Source of the DNA: Callorhinchus milii
Taxonomy: Eukaryota
DNA length: 64,000 nt
Assembly: GCF_018977255.1 (NCBI RefSeq)
Contig: NW_024704751.1
Coordinates: 5,642,001 to 5,706,000, forward strand
Direction: 5' to 3'
The position numbers and the translations under genes are program-made. The notes beneath the pieces are model-generated. The model did not search any database and had not been told where the DNA came from. It saw only the letters and a program-made list of their open reading frames with translations. This document shows, piece after piece, positions 46,601-57,400 of the stretch. Each line of letters opens with the position of its first letter. Position 1 is the first letter of the stretch.

Positions 46601-49600
46601 AAAGTTATTTTTAAACAACCAGCTCATGGCAAAATTCTTACCAGCGCAGTCATGGTTTTGAGCACCGCCGGTTATAAAAACAATACGGATAATCCTTTTT
46701 TTATATAAAAAAAATTCATGTCAGGAGGACGCCTCAAAGAGCTTCCCAGGATTTTACCGTAAAGTGTAGTGACTGTATATTTCGTGGGAGAAGATGGTGA
46801 TTTGCACACACTGACATCCCGCACACGGCCGTGATATAAATGACGAATTTTATCCGGGGAAATATTGCCCAGCACGCCCATCTTTGTTCAAATAGCTTTG
46901 TCTCGGGATCTTTAACATCCATCCGAACAGGCAGACGGGACCTCGGATTAACATCTTATCCGAAGGTTGATGCCTCCGATAACACTCTCTCTCAGAGAAC
47001 CACCACCTGATGTCTTAGCCGAACGTTGTTAAAAATCTGAAGGCGTTATTATTATTATTTATTTTTTTATTGCAAATAAAGTAAAAATAACTAGAGCAGG
47101 GCTGAGCACAAACTGTGTAGGATTCCTGGTTGTATTTCGCATTTAATTCTTTTAAGCTGAAAACGCAGCTATAAAAATCGATGGCTTTGTTGTGCAATGG
47201 CAAATTCTCGAAATTTGACCTTTCTTTTTAATATCTCGACGCCGTTTCTTATTTATCTTTGGACCCATTTTATCCCTAACCGTTATATATCTATTGGGCA
47301 CAAACAAAAAAAAAATCGCATGCCACTAAGCGACATTAATCTCCAAATATGTTCCTGAGAGCAACTTGCCCGTTTATTACTCATAACAATAGAGACATCA
47401 TTATTTGAACCGCGGCTATAAATTCACCGGGAGCAATCCGCCTTTGTCCAATAATGTTACGGCCCACTGTATAAATAATTGTGATTAAACTGTCAATTGT
47501 GTGATGATTTACTGCGTCTTTTACATCAGGTTTCCTCTATTAAATTACGGCATTAAATTTACGCATCAGTGGGGGGGGGGCGGGAATGAGGTGGTCACTT
47601 TGGTGCAGCCAAACCGTCGGGTTTTTCAATGGACCGTGCCAAATAGCGGTAGGATTTCAGCCCGTGTCTGCCACCGCGCACAACCTGTTGAGTTCTGGAT
47701 CTCGACTGCGCCCATCGGGCAGAAGGGGCCATGTCTCAAAGACAAGAGGCAGACTCACCCCTTCGCTTGCCATCGGGGAAGCTCTGCACCGGTTGGTCAA
47801 CTTCTTACCCTTCTGCGTTGAATTTAAGAGATGCTTGAGCTGGAGCAATTCAGGAAACCTTGTGATCAGATTGCGACAGTGATCGGATCGAGACACGGTG
47901 TGATTCGATTGAGATGCAGTGAACAGATTCGGATACGGTGATATCCTTATACCGCGACGCAATGATTCCGGAAGGATGAGATTCATGCGGGCCAAAGGGT
48001 TTTTGTCGTCCACACCGATCGTGATAAGACGTGATAAGGTGCTAGAGCAAATGCAAGGATTATTGTTTTGTATAATAGAGCAAATTCTAGGAATATTATT
48101 ATTAAAAACATATATTGTGAGGCTCGCGCCAAACCTGTCAAACACAAACACAGCAGTAACAGCTTCCAGATCTTTCCAATTTAAATTAGATTCTGTCCTT
48201 TCCTCAACACTTATCAGGCCCCACAATTGGGATTGCAACAGCCGCACTTAACCCCTTCACTCCCGGCTCCACGCGAGGCCCAAAACCCAGGAGACTGAAC
48301 TCTTGTCGCCTGGGCTAACGCTCCGATGCAGCGTCCGGGGGAACATTGTTGGTGGTGCCGTCCTTAGGATGAGGCTACGTTAAGGTCCCGTCTGCCTGTT
48401 CGGGTGGATTGTTAAAGATAGTCACTGCACTTAACAGTAAATCCTGTGAAGCAGGATGCATTGCACCCTATTGTTCTGGATTTACTCTTTCAATCCCACT
48501 TAAAAATGCAACCGCCTCTACAAGGTCCTCTCTTGAGAGAGACACGTATCGAGACTGAAGAGCCCAAAGCTTCTGTAATCATTGCTCATGGCTCCTCATA
48601 TTAATCTCCTAACCGTACAGTGGAATTGAAATATAAATGACCCCTTTTTTTTTGGACAATTTCTATCCCTCGCCACAGCACCTCTGCGATAAGAGACGTA
48701 ATATTGGTCACCGAGTGACAATTAGTCAGATAAGACATTCTCATAAAAAAATAGACCCCAGTTTCCCTTTAAAGAACGGGGCCATCGATGCTTAATTACA
48801 CTTTCTCCCAATGTCCTGGCCAACAATCTCCCTGATAAAATCGCTCAATTCACTTCACGACTGTTTGTCAGGACATCGCTGTCCGCAAACTGGCTGGTGA
48901 GTTTGCCTAGAAATCCACATTGACAGACTTTACAGTAACATCCTGTGAAGAATCCTTTGAGACATCTCAACGATGCGATAAGGCGCTATACCAAATGCAA
49001 GAAATATTGTCAATGTATAACAAGCGATTTTTGTTTCCTAAACATGCTTTTGTACAGACTTGGACGATTCCTATACGACTGTTACTGTGCGCAATTGGCT
49101 GCCCCGTTTAGCCCACAAAACGCACAGACACTACACTTTACGGAATATCCTGTGAGGCGCTTTGAGATGTCTCCATGACGTGATAAGGCGCTGTATCAAA
49201 TGCAAGTATTATTATTATTGAATGTATCATTTGCTGTGGGTTTTTGTGTGTGTGTGAGGTGTGTGGATCCAAATGCATGACCTGTGCACAGGGGATGTCT
49301 TTTATAGGAAACACCTGAAAACAGTTGCTAAGTTGGAAGGGGGCGGTTTTTGAGGGATGGATCACTGTGAACTCAGAGGTGGAAGATTTATTTTGTGAGC
49401 CAGTGGAGGGACAAGTCACAGACTGCTGAGCGAAGTGACGATCTGAGGGAATTCTATCTGGACATAGTGATGACAAGTCAGGTAAGACATAAATATCAGT
49501 AGTTGAGGTTAATGAGCGTCAAAAACGCTTTCTGGCAGGTTCTTGAAGCTGGAATTGAATGAACAGGTTATATATATTACTAGAAAGACTGTATTTTTGC

Positions 49601-50134
49601 ATATTCAACTACAGTTACTTTAAAAACTTATTTTGCATTTGAATAAACGCGTGAAGTGGGGGGTGGGGGGTTGAATAATCGCGTGGGGAGGGGGGGTGTA
49701 AGAGACAACAGGTACAGAGGCAACAATGGAAATACTTGAGGGAAGGCAAAGTGAAAATGTGTAGCTGAATACGCTTTACATTAACACAGAGCCTTTCGCA
49801 TCAGGAGGAAGTCTCAAAGCGTTGACACTGTGGTCTGGGCATCCAGTGGGAGAGGAGAATGGGCAGGGAGGGGGAAGTTACAGAATGATGAATCATCGCT
49901 CTTATCTCTGAGGTAACCTGATGCCTTAAAAGCACAGATCTGGTGGACACTTCCTCTTTCCTCCACCAATTTCGATGACAATTTTTGGGGGACGCAAAGA
50001 AAAGCTCTGGCGAAATGTTTTGGCTCAGCGGTGAATTCAACGCACTGACACTGACAGTGAGGTTGAGAGCCAATAAGACTGCGTAACTTTAAACGCAAGG
50101 AAGGCAGCAAAGGCTGGCGATGTTTGCGTTCATC

Positions 50135-50140
50135 TTTATT
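50135..50140 (-). terminator. Candidate BLMH polyadenylation signal
   Basis: AATAAA on - about 1.1 kb downstream of the stop codon. Confidence 0.5.
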
Positions 50141-51259
50141 CAAGCACCATAACAGTGATTTAACGTTCATTGGATAACTATGTTGTACCTTCAACTTAGA
50201 CAATGGGGTACTGGGTCTTCCCCAACGTTGTTCACAAGTGTACAAAGAGTAGACCTGATCATGTAGCAATTGCACCATTTCGTAGCCTAAGTTCTAGGGC
50301 AGAGTGGGGACGGGAAAGGGAGGGGGAAGACTGACGGCTATTTGGAAGTATGTTAAGATGATTGGGGAATGTGGTGGTTCAGTGTTGGATGACAGAACGC
50401 CAATGGTAATGGGAGTGAAATGGGGTGAATTGCTCTTCAAAGGAAGACTCAGGAAAAGTACACAGGAGACAAGAGAGGGCACGTGATTAGCTCTTTTTCA
50501 TCTTTTAGAAGCGAGTTTGTGGTTTGAGCCGATACATTCTATTTGGAGTTGAGGAAGTGGGGGGGAAAAATTACTATAGGACAGCTGGACATTGCAGAAC
50601 GGGTTGGACTGGGATTTGAGACTCAATTCAGTCTGGCTGATTGGATAAAAGTCTCCTGTCTGATGGGCGAAATCTGACTGCACCCAACATTTAGTGATCA
50701 GTTCATGGCACTAAAACCCATTTTAGGATTTGGAGGGTGGGGAGGGAAGGGGTGGGAAGAGGGCCCTTTGTTGCAGTGTAACAATGGAAACTGTGCACTG
50801 CATCGAACACATGTATTCAGCCCCGGGAGCTTGATACTGAAGTGAGATTTGCTCCGTTAGCATTGGCTTCGAGCAAACAATACGCAAACAGTGGAACATC
50901 ACACTCTTGCCACTCTCGTTGTCAACACTGAGTGGCTCCCTCACCCACCCACCCCCGTAAAGTTTGCATAGATATTAATAACCATCTCTTTCCAAATTGT
51001 GGAAAGGCAACTGTACTCTCGGGCAACGGAACAGGAAGCGGTCAAATGCCTACAATATGGTGTCTGAGATGCGCTTACAATGATTGTTCAATGACTGCAC
51101 GGATTTAAAATGTTCGAGCATTTTTAAATGGTTAAACACTTGCCTATCCCGTTCAGGTACGCAGGAGTTTAACATTCTTACTTTGCAACGTATTCAAAAA
51201 AACATCCTAGTATTGCTGGGAAGAATTGCACCACAGCTAATTGGGAAAGTCTTGGCTGT

Positions 51260-51408
51260 TCACGCTAGGGTGCCCATTGGGTCCCAAGCCGGAAGAACTT
51301 TGGGCTCCTGCTCCATCACTTTCAGGATCTCCTCTGACAGGTGCTTCTTATCCACAATCACCTCGTAGATGTTCTCCGAGAACCAATCGTCCGATAAGAC
51401 CAAGTAAC
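51260..51408 (-). CDS. BLMH: BLMH last exon (GYLVLSDDWF...PAWDPMGTLA*)
   Basis: tttaaag|GTTAC; TGA at 51260-51262. Confidence 0.95.
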
Positions 51409-54400
51409 CTTTAAAAACAAAGAGAAACGGGTCAACCTGTAGCCGCAGCGGCAACAACAAATTATATTTGTATAGTGCCTTTTGGGTCGGGAGGACATCC
51501 CGACAAAGCATTGGGAGCTCAGTGGACAAGGCGGTGGCGATTCTTGAAAAAAGATATAATAATAATAATCCTTGCATTTGATATAGCGCTTTTCACGTCT
51601 TCGAGACGTCTCAAAGCGCTTCACAGAATAGACTGTAAAGTGAATTGACTGTATATTTGTGGGCGAAATGCAGCAGCCGATTGCGCACAATGTCCCCACA
51701 AACAGTCATGGATTGAAATGACCAATTTTTTTTTGAGGGATTATTATCAGGCGTGTGGAGTAAGGAAACTTTGCCCAAGGTTTCACCCTGCCGGGAATCG
51801 AACCAAGGTCTCTCGCGTGCAAAGATATGTTGTCCGATTGTGCCAGTGATCTACAGCGCACTGTGTTACACTGTGCAATGATCTACAGAGCACTGCGCCC
51901 ACTCTGTGATATCCAACCCCCCCACCCCCTCCCGATCCCCCCCACCAGCTCAGATGTGGATCCCTGACAGTCCAGCACCTTGGGACGTCCTCCCGACATG
52001 AAAGGCGCTGTGTAAATGTAAATTGTTGTTGTTGTGAACTGTGCCGACACAGTTCCATCCTCTCTCTCTCTCTTTCTTGGCAGTGAGATCAACGGTGGAT
52101 TAATAGCATTGAGTTAGCCTATAAATAACTGATCTTACACATGAGGTTCAGTTAAGCACATTCCTTGTATGATGGCTGGAAAGGTTTGTAACGCTAGCTG
52201 GAATATAGACCAACTGTTTAACAGATAATCCTTCCCAGTGGACTACTGGCATCAATAGTGTGAACAGAACAGAGCACAGGATTACACAACAGATTTATGC
52301 TCAATTGGTCCTTTCGACATAACAGAATAGTCATGCAACTGCGGCTTTACTTGGAATTGTTCTCATTTAAGTTTGCTATCTTGTTGATCTTTAAGATGAG
52401 ATGACTTGCACAGTTCTTGAAATGTAAACCCATACAGTGAGCGTCAGCTGGACATGAAATGCCTCAAAATTCCACTTAGTCTTAGCCTTTAAGCCCGGCC
52501 TGGCTCAGTTGGTATTACTATTGCCTCTTGAGTCAGAAGGTTGTGGGTTCAAGCCCCAAGTTGGGATTCTGGGCTCGTAGCCTCGGCTGATATTGCAGTG
52601 CAGTGTTGGGGGAGTGCTTTTAGATAAACATTTTGACTGTTCAGATTGACGTTAAAGGTCCCACAATGCTATTTGAAAATAGAGAAGGGAGTTTCTCCTG
52701 GTGTCCTAACTGACTAGTAATGTTGCACAAGCAGTCATAAAGTAAATAGGTCACTTACTATACGGCTGTTTGTGGGACATTACTGTGTGCAAATCGGCTG
52801 CTGCATTCGCCTACAAACGCACTGTAAATCCTGTAAAGCGCTTTGAGACGCTTTGATGATGTAAATAAGGTGCCATGGCAAACAAGATCACAAGGAAATG
52901 TGGAATGAGACTGGAGCACGTAAACAGGCCATTCAGTCCAACTAATCTGTGCCGATGTGTGGAATCTCCTGAGATCACTGACTTTCAAAGAGCGGGTTGC
53001 TTCAAAGCGTGAGTAGATTTTTCTATTATAAAGCCACCAGGCAGCACGCTGCTGTCACCTATTTGTAAAACCCGAAAAGGTGCTTTTGCTGTGAGTTTCA
53101 GCATTCGCTTTCAGCTGGAGTTAATGAGCTGTCTCAAACTGATCGCGCGAGCAAAATGTGTCGCGGGTCTTGGGACTTTCACACGACACTGCGTGTCGGA
53201 ACATAAGACCGAGGGTCGCTGTGGAGCCGACATCCTAACGCCAACGCTGCAAGTTTTTCAGTACAATCCAATTTTCACTTATAAAGCGCCCTATCAGATC
53301 GGAACGATGTACGTCTTAAAGAGCTTCCACAGTGAAATGGAGCGACTGTGTATTTGCAGGCAAATGCGGCAGACAGTTGCGGACAGCAATGTCGCACAAA
53401 CAGTAAGTGACCAATTTTTTGGGTGGGGGAATTGTTGGCCAGGACACTGGAAGGGAGAAACGCCCTTCTCTTTTTGAATAGTGCCGCGGGATGTTTAACA
53501 CCTTCTACAAACTATAGAAAAACAACTTCAATACATCTGGGCGCTATTTCGTTTTTTTTTTAAAAAAGCGCCACGTAAGTATGAGCAAATTTGGTCTCAG
53601 GTGAAATTTCTTTTCAAGGAAGTCTGAAAACTTACAGAAAGTGCTTGAAACTTGTTTTTTGTTTCCCCTTTTGTCCGTGCACATTGGTTATTCTTTCGCT
53701 CTCTCGCTCTCTCTGAATTATCTGGGCCAAATCAAAAGGGGCCAACTTTTGACCTAAAAAAATCCCCTGAAGAATGTCTCCAGTCAGAATTTGTTGCAGT
53801 GATTGAGCTGAGTAATTATCTGCAGAATTTTCTTGGCTGAAATTCACACCCATGAGGTTAAATGCCCCATTCAATACGCCATCTGTTATTTTCTCCAAAT
53901 TGGACCACTTATAGGTCAAGTGAGCTGAATAATAAGCAAAATGCCTACCCAGTGTGGCTATTTTCTATATCTTAACTGTAAGTTCAGCGCTAATGTAAAC
54001 ACCTGCTAAAGTTTCAGATCAATAACTCTTCTGCTACAAATGCGGTGGCTGCACTTTGCTGTAATTCCTGTGAAGATGTCTCAGCAGCTAATTATCTACT
54101 ACCATCCTTATTATTTCTAAGCATTATACTGCCCAAGGGATGTTTGCTAATTCAGCACAAATGTATTAAATTCTGTACAAAATAATGGGTGTAGGGACAG
54201 TTCATCATTCCCAGTCTCTCTCCTCGCTGGCTAAAGGGCGATGGAAGCGAGGTAAAGCCACTGAATTAGATAAAAGATTATGTTTTATAACCACAAGTGA
54301 GGGAGAAGGGAATAGAGGGGTATGAGGGAGGGGATTAGGAGGGGCTATAAGCTCTTGTGGAGCGTAGACTCAAAATAAGGAGGGAGTTTCTCCCAGTATC

Positions 54401-57400
54401 CTGGCCAACAATTCTCCGAACTGGCTGCCGAGTTTGCCTGCAAATGCACAGTCACTACACTTTGCAGTAAACGCTGTGAAGCGCTTTGAGAGGCTTCCTC
54501 CCGCCGTGAAAGGCACTGTGTCAAATGCGAGGTTTATTAAGCTCCACTGCAAACGAATTGGCCTGTTTCCGTGCTGTGACGTTCAGTGTAATTCAATGAA
54601 ACGGGTTGGATTTTGCTGCAAACGAGCTTCAGGCTTGACACCCGCACCGGCTTACATTTGCTGGAAAGTTAAGTATTTGCGATCAAAGAAATAATAATGA
54701 AATTCATTTGAATTCGACATCTGAGCGAGGCTGGACCTTTGCACGAAACTGACTTGCATGGCTGCTGAAAATTCTTTTTTGCGTCAATTGTTGGCAATTA
54801 CCGTGGCTATAATGAATGGGGACGAGGGTTTGGGTAAATTCTAGCTTTGCTTCCATTGCTTATCAAGTTAATCTGGTTAGCAAAGATTTTCCTCGGGCTG
54901 CATAAATGCAGCCAGCCAGCCAGCGAGCTCCAGTTTCTTTTTTGTTGCTGTCTCTAACGTTGTACATTCCTGATCAAAGCGTGAATCACTCCCAACTGGA
55001 CAGAATTGCTTCTGAATAATCCTATAATAATCCTTGCATTTGATATAGCGCCTTATCACGTCGTTGAGACGTCTCAAAGCTCTTCACAGAATATATTGTG
55101 GAGTGGAGTGACTTGTGTATTTTGTGGGCAAAATGCAGCAGCCAATTGCATACAGCAGTGTACCACAAATTGATTGATTGATTGGAGAGATTACCTCTGG
55201 AAAACGATCTGCTTTCTTGGGGTAATAATCGGAAGAACTGGGTTCCCGCTTACTGCTAGGTAAGCAGAGTCGCGTAGAGCAAGAAAACTTACCTAAGGTT
55301 TCACCCGGTCCAATTAATCAATCAATTAATTAATGACTGTAAAGAGAGGTTGAGGCCAGGGAGCTGGGACTCATTCAAGAAACGCCTTGATGCTTTAATG
55401 GGAGGATGGAATTTTGGAAGGATTGGATCAAAGGGGCCAAACGACCTTCTCCATCCAAAACAAACTCGTGAGCATTTCTGAAAGAAAAGTCGTGCCTCCC
55501 ATCAAACCATATGACTGCTCGAGATGTGTTCGAACCTACCTTTGTTCCCGCTTTCCTCGCCCCATGAATTTTCAACTCTCCACTTTAGAAAGTCACCTTC
55601 CTTTTCATCCTGGGGGCCAAGAAAATATTAACATCATTCAATTGTATTTTCCTTGAACCAATTTCTGCTGCATCAGATTTTGAGGACAGAATGATCAAAG
55701 GCTACATTTGATATAGCGCCTTATCACGTCGTGAAGACGTCTCAAAGTGCTTCACAGGATTTTACAGTGAAGTGCAGTGACTGTGAGTGTTTTGTGGGTG
55801 AACATGGCAGCCAGTATGTGCACAGCTGTATCCTACAAACAGCTGTGAAGTGAACAAAGTAAATTATGCTGGCTTTGTAGAACTTCTTTGTATGTCGAGC
55901 CTTTCATATCGATTTGTAGAGCGCACCTGAAGTTCGGTACATTAGAAAAGTTGTATCTGTTGTTGCACTGTAAGCAATATGTGCAGTGAGCGAGTGAGAA
56001 CTGCAGAACTACAAAAACAAGACTGTTTTCATAATTCTGCAACATTTAAATCCCATTTCATAACTTGAAAGCACAAACTCCAAAAATGCCGATTGAAATC
56101 GTAATTGCTTTGATCCCAAGTGAAAAGCGGCTAAGTCTCCTAGGAAGGCAGTAAAGCTGTAATGGGATTTGCAAGTGAAGTGAACAGGAGGTTTGCACAA
56201 GTGTGTGGCAGCTAAGTTATCAAGCGCTCTTTATACATAAAGCCATGGGGTCAGGTGCCTTGGGAACACTGGAGCACTCGCAAAGTTGTCTGTGGAGTAC
56301 GTTCCCCCAGCGACTGTATTGCTGATGTGAACTTCCCGTGCGCTGCAAATACACAACAACAACAGCTTGTGTTTATATAGCGCCCTCCAAGCCAGACGGC
56401 AGCCAATTGTCTCACAGACGGCCGTGCATTAAGTGACCAAATTATCGTTATGTGCGTGTGTTTTTTTTTCTTGAGGAATTATTATCAGGCGTGTGGAGTA
56501 AGGAAACTTGCCCAAAGTACCGCCCTGACCTGTCGGGAATCGAACCCAGGTCTCTCGCTTGCGAGGTGAGCTTTGTAACCGCTCGCTCTTGGTCCGGTTC
56601 GTACGCATCAAACGAGCCTCTTCTATAAAAGTCTCGAGCCCACGTCAAATTCTTCACTGCAGACGCAAATTAAAGATCAGCGGTCGTGATTGAAGGGAAA
56701 TATGACTTCCTGGAAGTCAGTGGCAGGGTTTTGATTAACTAGGTATTAACAGCTGTGAGCACACGTAATCTATTTACTCTCTGAGACCATTTGCGATGGT
56801 TTATGCTGACAATTCGGTCAGGGTTTCGTCACAACCCAAGATTAAAGGAGCAGCTTCGCTTTAATTGGATGTGGGCCTCGTTTGCGTCCATGTATCACTG
56901 GTTTTAATTCTATTTTGAATGCAACCTGGATGCTGTCTACGTTATGGCGGTTACCCAATTGCCACACGCGCTGCTTTCTTGTGTTCCGTGCAAATATACA
57001 ACGAGGAAAATGTGCTTCAGGGTCCGCACAATCGTCTTTGAATCCCCTCCTTAAACCCCAATTCCTTACGTAGGACAAGCCATGGGGTGGGGGGGGGGGG
57101 GCTGGAATTCTTATTTTAACCAAGTCTTCGTTTCGCAGTCGATTCTGGTGCAGTTTCACTGCTGATGGCATGTTAACCTCCAACACCCCACACACACCCC
57201 CACCCCCCCCACGGCTGCCCGCCCGCCCCCTCGAAGCCGAAAGTACACAGAGGGTGCATGCGTCAATCTGACTTCAAAGCCCAGGTATTAGCTTTCCCTG
57301 GCACAAGGCCGGCTACTGTGTGTATAACAGCGTCTGCGCTCATTCTCCACGATATATCACTGCAAAACAAACAGAATCCGTAGCGAGCCAGTCACCTGCG

